Shown: positions 47,988-61,427, counted from the first letter of the stretch. The stretch: 64,000 nt of DNA from Eledone cirrhosa (GCA_964016885.1 OZ024741.1:168578001-168642000); one strand, 5' to 3'. Notes: generated by a model from the letters alone, not told the origin. Translations and numbers: made by a program.

Positions 47988-48592
47988 AGACATTCATTGG
48001 GAGCAGTCTTGTCAAAAGATGGTACCTGCAATGCAGAAATCGGCACATGGATTGCTGCATCTATGCGGTAATGGCTAAATTGGCAAGAATATGGAGGAGC
48101 AACGTAAGTTTTCAGACCAAGTACAGATTGTACAAATCATTGGTAGTCTCCGTCCTCCTACATGGGTGTGATACTTGGACACTTTGGGTAGAAACAGAGA
48201 GAAGGATCCAGGCATTTAAGGACAAATGCATGAGAAAACTCCTTCATATCTCCTATTGGGAACACAAAACCAATGGTTATCTGCAGAGTAAGGTTAAAGG
48301 TTTTGTTGGTCACCAAGAACCTCTCCTGACCCCTGTCAAGAGTAGGAAATTGGTGTGGTTTGGCCAAATCACACAAAATGACAGCCTGTGCAAGACCATC
48401 ATGCAAGGCACTGTTGAAGGTGGATGCAGGAGGGGTTGCCAACGCAAAAACTGGTTGAACAATGTCAAGGAATGGACACAAATGATTAGTTGGCGGCCAT
48501 TGTTGATAGACTATTTTCAGTGTGTGCTGCTTCTGCAGTAGGATCGTCCTGATGACTACAGAAGTTAAAGGTCTAATGATGATGATGATGAT
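47988..48592 (+). mobile_element. 3' fragment of a second RTE (BovB-like) lineage
   Basis: TKYRLYKSLVVSVLLHGCDTWTL..RKLVWFGQI..GTVEG..RRG..RKNW; (GAT)n tail. Confidence 0.8.
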
Positions 48593-48639
48593 ATAAAGTA
48601 GTATAGTTAATATGAAGCATTGTGAGATATGTAATAAAT

Positions 48640-48881
48640 AACTGATAAGTTTCAGAAAGAGCCAGTACAATGCTGTAGAGATATATAAAGGACAAAAGAT
48701 GACAGATAAAACAAAAGTAATGTTTTACCCAGTATATTTCAACATAATATTGAAGGATTATTACCCTCTAGAGGTATTAGCCCTGAAATATTACGTTGGA
48801 TAAAAACATTACGTTTGTTTTGTCATCCTTTGCCTTTTATATATCCCTGTAGTATTGTACTGGCTTTCTAAAACTTATAAG

Positions 48882-48885
<4 letters not shown>
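48640..48885. repeat. Old imperfect fold-back, about 100-bp arms, next to (TA)n
   Basis: AAGTTTCAGAAAGAGCCAGTACAAT.. versus ..ATTGTACTGGCTTTCTAAAACTT. Confidence 0.7.
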
Positions 48886-48942
<57 letters not shown>

Positions 48943-48945
<3 letters not shown>

Positions 48946-49398
48946 TCACCATCATCATCATCATCGTTTTACGTCCGTTCTTCCACGCTAGCATGGGTTA
49001 GACGGCAGTTGTGGGCAGTGTCTGCTCGGCTGACCATGCCTTGCTCATACAGGAACTGATTTGGCTTGATTTCTACAGCTGGATGCCCTTCCTAACACCA
49101 ACCTCATTTACAGTGAGTGCTGGGTGCTTTTTCGTGGCGCCTACACGTCCACTTTACAGTGTGGGCTGGGTGGTTTTTTTGCCGTGGCACCTCCACGACC
49201 ACCTTGCAGTGGGAGGGTGTGGGGGCATATTGTCTATATACTTCAGCTTGTACCCATGGGAGGTCGGGTACTCTGTATTACTGCGTGATGCCAGAGGTCA
49301 CGGTCATGTGTCATCGCCTTTGAGAGGTGTAATTGGGTAAGGTCGGCTTTTATCACCTCATCCCAGGTCTTCGTGGGTCTCCCTACTCCGCGGTTTCC
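48943..49398 (-). mobile_element. RTE LINE 3' end whose UTR matches the tail of the SINEs at 11343 and 14822
   Basis: GNRGVGRPTKTWDEVIKADLTQLHLSK..DRDLW, then CCACTGCAAGGTGGTCGTGGAGGTGCCACGG..CAGCTGTAGAAATCAAGCC; TA-flanked. Confidence 0.88.
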
Positions 49399-49459
49399 AT
49401 TATATATATATATATATACGATATTAACAAATGGAAACTATATTTATAAAACCATATTT

Positions 49460-49522
49460 ATTTCATTATACATATTTCAAGGACACCATGTTAAATTATG
49501 GTATGCTTTCATCAGACAAAAT
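49460..49522 (-). ncRNA. Hammerhead ribozyme (AUA family)
   Basis: AUUUUGU-CUGAUGA-AAGcAUACCAU(aauuuaac)AUGGUGUcCUU-GAA-AUAUGUAU-A^AUGAAAU. Confidence 0.75.
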
Positions 49523-49534
49523 ACAATATATATC

Positions 49535-50420
49535 AATATATATACATATGGATTATCGTTGGGTATGTTTATGAGTTGCTGTATGTTTGTATATGCGGGT
49601 GAGTGTATATATGTATATGTGTGTTGGTATTATTATTTTTTTTTTTTATACATACATATATGTAAGTATATGTGTATATACTGGTCTGTATGAGTGTGTA
49701 TGTGTGTTTGCTCATATGTATGGTGTGTATATATCTACATTGGGTTTTGGTATATGTACATTTGGTGAACATGTGTATTTACCTGCAGGTATGTGTGTGT
49801 GTGTGTGCGTTATATACGCAGTTAAGCGTGTATATTTATATATGTATACATAATTATATGTATACACACACACACACATATGTTTATATCTGTATTTGGT
49901 GTAAACGTTCGTATGTGTGCGAAGCACCAGTTTACATACGTGTGCGCGTGTTTATGTGCACGTGCATGGCGTGTGTTTTCGCGTATGCACGTGTATGTAC
50001 GTATATAAATGTGTGTATGTATGTATTTAATTATTATTACTTTTATGATTTTAATAACCTCTGTCATTTTCGTTCAACAATTTATTTACATTATTCTTAA
50101 CTCTGAAGCCGAGAATCACTCGGTTTCCTAAATAGAATATTAGTCTAATGACTCCATTTATACCATAAACGTGGTTTTGTCTTTGCGTGAAATTGTTCTC
50201 ATCCCTCCATATAACGACGTATTATCTTTGCTCTTTTCCGTTCATTGCCAGGCAACATCTTCATGAACCAAAGTATCGTCTTCCTGTTTTCCTTCGGTTG
50301 CAACGTTTTTCAAAATATTTACTTCTGCATTCACAGATTTTTTTTTAGTTTCAGAAGATCCTATTAAGGGTGAAAGCAGCGATTCTTTGCTTAAACTTTA
50401 GTCTGTTATTTTAATAAATA
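49535..50420 (+). mobile_element. Solo pLTR of the Naiad-type family at 3997-6040, with the variant hammerhead at 50347-50397
   Basis: Reverse-complement homology to about 3997-4950; has one copy of the about 140-bp unit that is duplicated at 4148-4425. Confidence 0.8.
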
Positions 50421-50946
50421 TTTGCTCTAGGGTTCTTATATATTTGATATATATTTATCCTTATCGAGCCCTCTTTGGATTTTAGTCTTCACCTTTATTA
50501 TTATTAGTATATATATATATATATATATAGAGAGAGATAGATAGATAGATAGATAGATAGATATAAGAATGTGTGTGTGAGTGTGTGTGTGTGTGCACAC
50601 ACAAGGGTGTGTATACATACACAAATGAAAGAGAATAAGAAATAGAAATAATATTCATAATTTCTAGCTTAGTGTGTGAATTCAGTGACGGTGTCTTTTA
50701 TCTGAAATAATAGGTTTAGTGGAGTCTAGTATAGTATTTAGGACAAATGAAAATGTTATTGCTATTTAACCACAGATTAACTATGTTGAAACAAACCTGC
50801 GATGAATATGCTTCAGTCATGACTAGCCCAACTTTCATTGTAACACTTTAAGACTATCCAATGTGTCCTTCATTTCTTTAATGACAGCAGTGGGATTTAA
50901 TTAATATTTTGCCACTCTTTCTAGTGTGTTGAGTGATCATATCGAG

Positions 50947-51274
50947 CAGAGGTTCTCAAACTTTTGGGGCCACTGCCCTCCTCCCAGCCTTGTGCCCCCA
51001 ACCCTATTTCCAGAAACCTACCTACACACAAATTGTAAATAATATACAATAAATAAAAATCATTAATTTATATATAGTAAATAATATAATATATACTATG
51101 TATAAATAAATATATAATTTTTATTTTACTATTTACATATATAATATGTATCATTTGATATTTAATATACTATTATATCATGTCTACCACTCCTCCACTG
51201 CCCCCGTAGGCCAATGCCCCTGGATCTTCTCAATGTTCCCCAGGGGGAAGTAGCACCCACTTTGAGAACCTCTG
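50947..51274. mobile_element. hAT (Charlie-like) MITE
   Basis: Perfect TIR CAGAGGTTCTCAAA / TTTGAGAACCTCTG; 8-bp TSD ATATCGAG / ATATTGAG. Confidence 0.9.
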
Positions 51275-51797
51275 ATATTGAGACTGACTTGTTAACATTT
51301 GTGAGGCTGGTGATAGCTTTCCACAGAAATGAAGTATATTTGATTGGTCTACATGTTGTGTTTCTGTTTGTGCATCCTTCCCTTTTTGATACTACGTGTA
51401 TTGTTCACACTACATTTATGTTGTCATGTTTAAAAACTACTGGTGTTGCCATAACACTAATTTATTTTATGTTTTGTGTATATGTTTCCCGGATTCTATG
51501 AGTTCTTTTGTTGCTGGCATTTTAATTATTCGGCTCTTGACATTTGTGTGCGTTTAGTGTTTCAATTAATAATATTTATTCTGAGAACCTATTATTTTAT
51601 TAATATTGTATCTAGCATTCACTGTGGAATTAATATTTATTGTGCATCTGAAATTTTGGATATGTTTTATAAGTTGTATTACATTCTGGTGCGGGAAATA
51701 ATTGAGCTATATAAAATATTGTCATCATCTTTGAGGTATACAATTTCAAATTATTTAATTTTTGCTTCATATTGTTTTATTTTCCTAATAAGGATAA

Positions 51798-51826
<29 letters not shown>

Positions 51827-51828
<2 letters not shown>

Positions 51829-51970
51829 TGTTTCTACTTTAGGCACAAGGCCAGCAATTACCCAGTGCATTACTGGTACATTATTTTATCGACCCCGTAA
51901 GGATGAAAGGCAAAGTCAACCTCGGCGGGATTTGAACTCAGATCGTAAAGGGACGTAACTATGCTGGAAA
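51827..51970 (-). mobile_element. 5'-truncated Nin/Deu-type SINE with a long (ATT)n tail
   Basis: Matches the 38326 family; abuts the 3' end of the Tx1 element. Confidence 0.9.
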
Positions 51971-52229
51971 TAATAATAATGATTTCTTTATTAACCACAA
52001 GGGTTTACATAAAGTAGACATTAAGGACAGTACAGGACAATACAGGGCGGTACAAATGGGCATTCCTGCGTGTAAAAAAAAGAAACAGAGGATATAATAA
52101 TAGAACAATGAAAAAATTCCCCAATAGAGGGGAGACTTCCGAGGGACATTGGTGGAGAAAGCCCATTAAAAAGCCACAGTGACCCTGACCACCAGGGCAA
52201 GTGCCCTCTCCCAGTTTTCCACCTTTAAT

Positions 52230-55200
52230 TTACAGACACATACTCAGAGTAGGCCCATTCACTCGGGCCATTCTTGCTTCTCTCACCCATCTTTCAACAA
52301 AATGCTGGGAAGAGAGCACTTCCCTTTCTACCCTGATTTTCCTTTTCAAATGAAATTTGCAAAAGTTAATCAGGGCATCACCGAAGAGGTAAGTGCTCGT
52401 CTTCAGCCCTTTCAAACGTGTCCACCATACTATCTCTTTCGCCATGGCCACCAGACAGATAAAAACTGCCTGCCCTTCTCGGCTAAAGGAAGAGGGCGGG
52501 GCAATCCTCACGATGGACTCAGCTGATAGCTGGATCCGTCCCACATGCGACAGCAGGTGTTCGACATAAACCCACAAGTCAGCAATGCTCGGACACTGGA
52601 CGAGTGCGTGCAGGACGGTTTCGTCACCCTGCGCACATCTCGGACATGCCCGGCTGATGGCACCTCCTTGGCTGTAGAGTTTATCCCGAACTGGCAAAGC
52701 TCCTCGGTAGCACTGCCAGGCCAGGGATTTCTGGAAGTTGTCCATAGGCCCCGGCCCGAAAGTTCTTCCGAAGAGATTGGCTAGTTGATTTTCATCGACG
52801 TCTAGAGTTTACCCAAGTACGTCGTCGCTCTTCCCCTCCACTAATCCTCTATAGAACGCCAAGGTGGAGTTTTCACTGATCACATTGCCCGATTGGTCGA
52901 GGGCTGTGAGTGCCTGAAGACATTCCAGTCTCCAAACACTCCCTCTCGGTCTTTGCTTGACCCAGGACTGCAGCTCCGTCAAGGAGACGAGCTGGGGAAA
53001 GACATGCCTAGCAAACGCAGACCACACCTGTTCACCGTCGAGAAAGAGGTGGAGATGTCATAGCCTGAGCGCGTGTCTGTGCTTCATCAGCCATGGCATT
53101 CCCAGCCCTCTACGTAGCGGGTGTTGACAGCAGATGGACCGCCTGACCATCGGAGCACGTCCCTTCCACAAAAAGCGAAAGAGCAAACGCTCCAGCGCAG
53201 TCAGGCAGCACTTAGGACAAGGCACCACGGTCAGGCGGTAGTAGATGATGGACGCGATATACGCGTTAGCCACCTCCGCTCGACCTTTCAGGGATAGCTT
53301 CCTCTCGGCCCATTTCTGGGTGAGAGAAGCCACCCTGCTCGTCACCTCATCCCAGTTTTTGTCCGTCTGGAGATCCGGACCGAACCAGACCCCCAGCAAT
53401 TTAACTCGTCCGTCCGTCCAGCGCCCGACGACGCTGTTGGACGGCATGGATCTGCCTCTCCAGGTGCCGAGTTGCAGGCCCACTGACTTTTCCTGGTTGA
53501 TCATTGCTCCTGTCACCGCTTCGTATTCTCTTAGTGTAGTGCCGATCGCCTCGATGTGTTTGGCGTTCGACACCACTACGGTGACATCGTCCGCATATGC
53601 CGACACGGATCTTCCGCATCCTAGTTCACGCGGGACCCCCATCAACATCTCCAGTTTGTGAAGTAATGGCTCGAGAGTCAATACGTACAAGAGGGACGAG
53701 AGGGGACATCCTTGGCGGACCGAGCGCATGATGTTGAACGGTTCCGAAAGGTGACCGTTCACTCTCACCACAGAGCAGATGTCGCTGTGCATGGCAGCGA
53801 TCCAGCCTCTGAAGACGGGCCCAAAGCCAGCCGCCCTCAGGACTGCCGCTAGGTAATGATGGTCGACCCTATCGAAAGCTTTCGACTGATCTAAATTGAT
53901 CAAGGACCCACCCGTGCCAGGTTCCCTAGCTACCCTCTCTACGATGTATCGCATGAGGTGGAGGTTGTCGTGGATGGATCTGTCGGGAATGGCGCATGTC
54001 TGCGCCTCTCCCACCAGACCACCAACGACAAGCGCCAACCTCTTTGCTAGCACCTTGGCCAAAATCTTGAACTCTGTGTTTAGCAGAGTTTATGGGCCTA
54101 AAATTATCTATGTTATCCCTCTTGTTCGGATCCTTTCTCAGCAGCGCCACAGCTCCTCAGCCTACAGAGGTGGGAATTCTCCCGTTCTGTTGCCAGTTGC
54201 AGTAGACGTCCGCCAAGAGGCCTCCGAACAAGTCTGGCATCTGTACGTAAAGTTCATAGGGCAGACCATCCAAATCAGGCGATTTACCCCTTGTGCAGCC
54301 TGTCATTGCCTCCCGTACTTCAGCGGCTGATATCGGCTTTTCGCAACACTCCGCCTCAGTGGCCGAGATCCGCGGCAGTCCGTCGAGGTAGACACTAAAG
54401 TCCATCTCTCGATCCGGCCCGCCGCTGCCCCCGAACAACTGAGCGAAGTGTCGCTGAAAAGCTTCACACATTTTCCCGGGATCGAGTAGCATGCGCCCGT
54501 CGTGGTCCACCAAAGACCGGATCGTGGCTTTGTTGCCTCCGCCACTCGGGCCCATTGAACGGCTTTCGTTCCCTCGTGTCTGAGAGAACGCACCCTAGCT
54601 CTGACAACACAGCCTTTGTGCTTTGCATTGAAGAATTGGTCAAGGGCCAATTTCGCCGCAAGTACGTCGGTCGCAATGCCTTTGCTAAGCGCCTCGTCTA
54701 ATTTTCTAACTAATTCTCCTTCTGCTGTATTTTTCTCTATTGCTAAAGCCTTACTAAACCTAATGGACTCTATTCTAATTGCTCTTTTCAGAGCAAACCA
54801 CCACTTGTTGTTGACAATGGCCCCCGTTAACGCCCGCTTAACTAGTTCGCTAATCCGGTCTCTGTAGACCTTGCGCGCTGGTAAGGACGCGTTTAGCTTC
54901 CAGTAGCCGAGTCCTCGTCTATGAAGCCTATCTAAGTCAAGCACACAGATCACGAATTTGTGGTCCGTGTAGCTGACTATCTTGAATTGTGGACAGCCTA
55001 TGCTAGACCTATCTATTTCCCTACAAAATACTTTATCTAGATATGATCTGGATGACCCTATGCGATTTGTCCAAGTCCACATTGGCACATTCGGGAAATC
55101 CAATCGGTACCTGTCAGACAGTTCAAAATGCCTGAGCAGGTTGGTGAGGCTCTTGCACCCTCCTCTCCTATCCGCTAATCCCACACAGTCCCAGCGTGCA

Positions 55201-55640
55201 TCTAAGATCCCGTTCCAGTCGCTCACTAACACTAAAGAGCGGGACGTTCCAAGAAAGGTCTCCAGACGCCGGAAGAAATCAGGCCGCCCTGCTCCTGTCC
55301 GGGCATAGACGGCCACTAGCCTTAAAGCTTGCCCGTCTCAGCTGGTCACGTCTAGCACCACCAAATTACCTTCTGGGTCCAGGAAGATGACCCGTATGGC
55401 GAGATCCAAACCTCTCCGAAAAAGCACAGCAACTCCTCCCCCCGATCCCGGACGGCTGGGAGATGCGTACACATCGTAGCCGCTGAAGATCGGTGCGAAG
55501 GCTCGTGCTTCAGAGATTCTGGTCTCGCTGATGGCCACTACATGTATGTTTAGGGACCTGAGGTCGTTGAGCAGGTGGTCCTGCTTCCATGACGACCCCA
55601 AGCCACGCGCATTTATGCTGCCTATTCTGAGTGAGGTCAT
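52230..55640 (-). pseudogene. ORF2: AP endonuclease + reverse transcriptase + C-terminal zinc finger, several frameshifts and stops
   Basis: GSINARGL, ISET, SDWN, SYLDK, TDH, KSPDLDGLPYE, LDQSKAFDRVDH, VRQGCPLS, AYADD, LLGV, CPRC..ETVLHALVQC. Confidence 0.93.
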
Positions 55641-55649
55641 GTTGAAATG

Positions 55650-57775
55650 GAGTGGAAAAGATGGGAAAGACCACTTACCCTACTTCTCGTAGAGGGAGGA
55701 TGGTTTGTCCATCCTTTTTACTGCTTGTGGCCTCCTCCGGAAGGATGTCCTTATAAATCCTCCTGGAGAGTGTTTGTCGGAAGTCTCCGATGTCTTTGGG
55801 GAATTTTTGTTTTAGTGTCGTGTACGTTTTCTGTGTGATGCGAGTGATTTGTATGTGTGGAGGTGGTGTGAACTTTTGGGTTGTTGTGTAGTCTTTTTCT
55901 GTGATGCTGGTGTTGTGTTGGATGTAGTGTAATAATTTGGTTGTTGTTCAAATTTAATTGTTTCTACGTTTGGCACAAGGCCAGCAATTACCCAGAGCAT
56001 TACTGGTACTTTATTTTATCGACCCCGTAAGGATGAAAGGCAAAGTTAACCTCGGCGGGATTTGAACTCAGAATGGCAAGGGCCGTAACTCTATACGTCA
56101 AAGCATAGCGTCCAACCCTCTACCGATACTGCCAATCCACCTCAAATTTAATGCTGTGTAGTGTGTATCGTTTTGGTTGTTTTGTTTTGTTTGCGTTTGT
56201 TGTGGGTTTGTTTCTGTTACGCTTTTTGGTGACTTTTGTGGTGTTGGTGATGGTGATGTTGGGGTTAATGATGGTGATGGTGTTGGTGTTTGTGGTGATG
56301 GGGTTGGTGATGCTGGTGTGGATGGTGGCATATCTGTCTTAACTTTCTTGTTTGATAATTTATTTGTTTCCCTCTGTATTTTGTTTTTGGAGGGGGAAGG
56401 AAGAGAATTTTTTTCTTTTTTGGTTTCTTTTTTTCTTTTTTCCTGATACCGTTTCCCACTCCTCGTCGTCACAATCTGTCTCCAGTTGTGATAGGCCGGG
56501 GAGTGGAAAATCCTCCACAGCCGTTAGTTTTGGTTGTGGCGTGGTGGATGGTGTAGGCGCTGGTGTTAGTTCTGGCGCGTTGGGTGGTAGTGGTGTTGGT
56601 TTTGCTACTGTTGCTGGGGTTGTTGCTGTTACAGTTGCTTCTGTTGTTGCTGCCATCTCTGCTGCTGGTGGTGTTGATGGTTGAGTCACTGGGGTGGGTA
56701 GGAGAGGTAGCCTCATCCTTTTAGCCTGAGGGCAGAAAGCCCTTAGGTGGGTTCCTTCACCACAAACGACACACCTAAGCCTTCTGCCCTCGACAATTAC
56801 GGTGAGGTGGCTGCCGTAAGTGAGGTCTATTACCTCTGGGATCTCCTCAATGCTTTTTTAGTCCGCTTGGATCAGGAGCTCCATCCCAGATCCGGACCAG
56901 TTCTCCTGCTTTTATTTCGCTATTTCTATTATCTTGGTGTTGGCTTCGATGCCGGCGAGGACGGCAGCTATTAGCCAGGGAATTTCGATGGCCGGTGGAA
57001 CGTGGGGGACCCTGATCTTTACGAGTCTCTGGCCACAATAGCTTGGGACGAGTGTGAAGTCGTCACTTCTTAATGGGGCCATGGAGTGTTCTCTAGCCTC
57101 CTGTGGTGTTTCAAAGAACCTGTCTACGGTTCCATACTTCTGCCCACGTCTGATGTGGCTTTTTCTTGCCCACACATGTCCCAAAGCTTTTTGGATTTGG
57201 GACTCGGATGCCTGTTCCACTCGGCGCGATTTTATATTAATTGTTCGATAAGACACGGTGCATAGGCGCCGATGCTCCATTTTATTAGGTGGGGGTGGGG
57301 TGAGGCTGACCCTGTACCCATCTTTCTTTACCATTTTTTTGGCTTCTTCTAATTCCTCCTGAGTTACCTGAAATGCTTCGCACTGTTTTGCTACTCTGGC
57401 AAAACTCAGGGTGGTTTTCTCAATGTCATTGTTGCTGTTGTTGTTATCGTTATTTTTGTTATTATTAATTTTAGTTTCATTTGTGGTGGTGGTGGCGTCA
57501 GTGGTGTTCGGTGTGGAAGAGTTCATTTTTGTTGAATTCATTTCGATATCACGAGTTAATTTATTTTTTTCTTTTGTTTCTGTTGTCGCGGTGGTGGTGG
57601 TGGCTTTAACACCTGAAGTCATTGGTAATGGTGGGAAATGAATGTCTGCCTGAGACAAATTTAAAATATTGCTACTGCTTATATCTTTAGTGTTGGCAAA
57701 CGTAGTAATATTTACAATGGTGGTGTCGGTGTGAGGTGTTAGTTTGTGAGAAAGGAGTGAATCTGAGTCAGCCAT
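55650..57775 (-). pseudogene. ORF1: gag-like protein with a CX2CX4HX4C knuckle (56732-56773) and P/T-rich tail; interrupted by stops and a SINE
   Basis: ORF 56912..57775 reads through stops into CVVCGEGTHLRAFC and then ORF 56360..56716; the downstream end is approximate. Confidence 0.8.
55957..56141 (-). mobile_element. Nin/Deu-type SINE nested in the Tx1 element, 11-bp TSD
   Basis: TCAAATTTAAT at 55948-55958 and 56142-56152. Confidence 0.9.
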
Positions 57776-58014
57776 GATGTTTCAAAGAAACATTTTTGTT
57801 TGATAATTATAAAAGTTTAAATTTTGGGCTCAAGGCCCCAATCTTTTTGAGTGTCCTTTTCGGAAAACAATATATGTGCACTTATATACAGTTAACAATA
57901 AAAATTTTCCATAAATGGCAATTTTTAACAAACGAAAACAACAAACCTTTGCGGAGCTCACGATGATATGATTTACTACGTAGGTCGCCAATAATAATAA
58001 TAATAATAATAATA

Positions 58015-58320
58015 ATGAAATTAATGTGTACAGTGCTCAGGTGCACTACAACTCATAAAAGGTGCATGTATAGAAGGTGCATGTATAAAAGGTGCATGTA
58101 TTATAAAATAATGTACAAATGTCAGGAAAATGAACAGTGTACTAGTCATGAAATACATGTGTGCATGTGTATGGAGGAGGGACATCAGGTGTAGTGTTGG
58201 CGAATCTCAGGAAGCATGGAGGTTTTAAAGGATGCAGTGTTTTGACAGCTAACAACTGACGCAGGCAGTTTGTTCCATGCTTCAGCAATTCTGAGTGTGA
58301 AAAAATGTGTCCGAGGCATG
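58015..58320 (-). mobile_element. CR1-clade LINE 3' end with (ATT)n tail; shorter copy at about 62895-62995
   Basis: HFFTLRIAEAWNKLPASVVSCQNTASFK is the typical CR1 C-terminal motif; the 3' UTR is shared with 62900. Confidence 0.8.
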
Positions 58321-58715
58321 TGACGCCAACAACAACATCAAGCATTTTAAATTCATCTTCCCTGTTAAAGTTTGGGTTAACCTTGTGGACCTTATCATCT
58401 GTGCCCCCTACCCCATCACCAACTGCATGGCTTTCATTTCTTTATTCATTATCTTTAGCCATGTCCTTCTTGGTCTTCCCATCCTCTACTTCCTTCCACA
58501 TTTACTTTCATCCGTCACCTCACCCAACCACTTTTATCCTTCCTGAACACATGACCTAACAATTTCATTTCATTTCTCTTCACAATATTCATTACTGACC
58601 CTATTCCAATCGTCATCTACAATTCATTCTTTGTCTTCCTCTTTTTCAGTAATACTCCACTCATCCACTGGATCATTCTCATTTCTGTTCTTTCAAGCTG
58701 CTTCATGTTCACCAC
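58320..58715 (-). mobile_element. Old RTE-like 3' fragment
   Basis: Degenerate LGHVQ..EGSRGWEDQ / GRPRRTW across frames. Confidence 0.45.
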
Positions 58716-58869
58716 CCATTTCAACCTTTATTATTTACGTTACTCTATATATACTATTGTATTTTCACAGTAAACTACAATAGTATATATAGAGTAACAT
58801 AAATGCTAAAGGGTTAATATTCAGCTCTATCAGTTCATTCATTTTTTTTTCATTATATATATATATATA

Positions 58870-59684
58870 TATTGTTATATTTGGGGAGGGTCATATTGTT
58901 ATAATATTGCCAGAAATAATAACAGAACACATTCACTGTTTGGGTTGGTTTTCACTTCTGTATCTTTTATATCCCCATAGTTAATTTATTTGGCAATCAA
59001 CGTTTATCATTGATTGATCAACGGTTAAAAATACAGATATAAATATATATATATATATAGTCTATCAAATTTCTTTCGTCACACATCTGCGACATCATCA
59101 GTGGTACTATTATGTTTCCTCCCATTGTATTGTAAAGTTTACGCCATTTTTATTTTATTTATTTATTTATTTATTCCTGTCTCTGTCTCTGCACATGTGT
59201 TTGTGTGTGTGTTTAATGTTTGGTGTATAGGAGAAAGAATAGACCAACACTGGGGGGGAACTAAAAGGACAAAAAACGGTTCAGTACTATATGAACACGC
59301 CAGACAAAGATATGTTGGTAATATAGACAACATAGAAATTAAAATAATATCTAAGCATAGAAATGACTCAACAGGTAGGCAAATCAGAGAAGCAACTGAG
59401 ATAGAACTAAGAAGACCGAAGTTGAACAGAAAGAACGAATGGAATAACAACAACAACAACCATACCCAAACAAACAATACTGACTTAAGGGAAATATGAA
59501 TAAATAAATAAATATATACACAAGTACAAACACATATAAACACACTAGTGAACAAAGGTAGAATATGAAAAACAAAAACACATACACTCAAACGTGAACA
59601 CACACACACAAAACATTAAACACACACGCAAATACATGTGCAGAGACAAGAAGAAATAAATAAATAAAATAAAAATGGCATAAA
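58870..59684. mobile_element. Truncated PLE (family of 21817-24175): inverted pLTR 58870-59222 (-) with HHR at 59063-59106, plus GIY-YIG end 59226-59499 (+)
   Basis: IGERIDQHW..RQIREA..PKLNRKNEW; inverted repeat 59140-59222 / 59610-59684; HHR CUGAUGA-U-GUCGCA(gaug)UGUGAC-GAAA. Confidence 0.88.
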
Positions 59685-60239
59685 TGGATAAGTGGAATTA
59701 TTAAAGAGTTGGACAGAGTGCTTTGCAATGTCTAATTCAGAAGATATTAATCCAACCACCATACTTGCTGAGGATATTGCTATTGACATGAACCTGATAT
59801 CATCAACTGCCAATGTATTAAATCCACCTACAAACAAACCTAAGCCATGAATGAAGTATCCAGCTGGAACTGTATGCACTGACCACCTGGAGTAACCTGC
59901 TTAGATAGTCAATATATCATCAGTCTTTTCACTCAGTCACTTTCATTCTTCCTCAACCCATGATTTAGATTATTTGTCAATATTTAGATAACTTGTGGCT
60001 ACAACTCATAAGTAATCTAAATATTCACATGCTGTACATATGAATATCTTCTTAACTGTACTACATACAAGGAGTATAACTGCCCATATTTGATAAACTC
60101 TCTCTGCTTTTTTCACAGTATATAGGGTTTTCAAATAGATTTTTTTTATTTATTGTATTCCTGTTTTAGATTCAGGTTTTATTCCTTTTCATTCCTATTA
60201 TAAATTCTTATCTTTATTCCTATAATTCCTGACTTTAAC

Positions 60240-60566
60240 ATAGGAGGAATTTGTAGTTTACTTGAAGCATTGTGTATGGTATATAGAATTTGAAGTTTGA
60301 AAGCCACAACAAAGCGAAATGGATGGATAAAGAAAACAGACAAAACAAGATGTTATGTATTTTATCTTAATTTATTTATATGTTCTGATATTTTGAGATC
60401 AAAATCTCTTCTTTTGGGGGAAATAAAGGGACTAATCCAGTGTTTAGTGGAATGCACTATACCATGCTTCCAGCATGGTATAAAACACATAACATCTTGT
60501 TTCTTCTGATTTCTTTATCTGTTCATTTAGCATTGTCAATGCTTTCAAACTTCAAATTCTATATAT
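60240..60566 (-). mobile_element. Decayed pLTR of the 6333-8480 family with a short inverted duplication
   Basis: GGAGGA..CTTGAAGCATTGTGTA and TTTTGAGATC..ATCTCTTC match 6333-6590; inverted repeat 60277-60303 / 60541-60566. Confidence 0.6.
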
Positions 60567-61384
60567 TTTAATATATTTGAATATTGTAATATTCTATATA
60601 CACAAATATATTTTGAAAAAAAGGATTACTTTTATATTTATAGGATATTTATAAGATACTTCATTATATTTATTTTAGAATCTTTTAAATATATCGCAAC
60701 CTAAATATTTCTCATCCTGTGTTTGATACATAATACTAAATATCCTATAAAACCACCAATTCACTGTTATCAGCACAAGGTTATACACACATATGACTAT
60801 ACCACATAACTAGCCCAATATGTGACCACCTAATGAGAACACCAGGATTTGAGACAAGGCAATCTAAAACAAAGAAAATTCTGTTAGTTTATGAACTGTA
60901 GGGAACAATTTATTGTAATAAATGAACACAACAAACCATAGTAAAAGTTTATTGTGATCACTGATACTCTGACAGAGATAGCTCTCAACGAAATCACCAA
61001 TCACCTTAGCTGTAGTTTAACTAATGAATGTATAAAGACCATGCCTACAAGGAAGCTAGGTAAACAGAAGATAGATAATTCCAAGTGATAGACGACAGCA
61101 CATAATAATGGATGTGTGTCTCTTGTTGAACAACATCAACCACATTATATATTTTCTGTTATAAATTTTCAGGCCTATTTATTCTTGTGTAACCTTGGCT
61201 TAAATCAAAATCCTGCAAAGTCCTAACAACCTCCCAAGTGCAGGTGTCATGATAAAATACACCCAGAAGAGCATATGATCCTATGTAAGTGAAATGCAGG
61301 TTCTTAACTATTCTGAGGGTCAGTAGCTTTGCGTTAGTACTGACTCAGTTTGTGAAGACCTTTCAAAAGCTTGTTAGTCATGAA

Positions 61385-61416
<32 letters not shown>

Positions 61417-61427
61417 TTGCATACTTA

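Larger units (their letters stand above)
51982..57989 (-). mobile_element. Full-length, degenerate L1/Tx1-clade LINE flanked by (AAT)n
   Basis: 5' UTR, ORF1 with CCHC knuckle, ORF2 APE-RT-zinc finger, 3' UTR with AATAAA just before the (ATT)n tail. Confidence 0.93.

Noticed and set aside
48745-48800. Decayed hammerhead at the centre of a fold-back
   Set aside because: The core reads TTGAAGG and stem I is unclear; too degenerate to call.
57900-57989. HDV-like ribozyme at the LINE 5' end
   Set aside because: I could not build the nested double pseudoknot by eye for either Tx1 copy.
59690-60120. ORF 59616..59879 with an AVDDI motif
   Set aside because: May be a very old LINE RT remnant but is too degenerate to assign.
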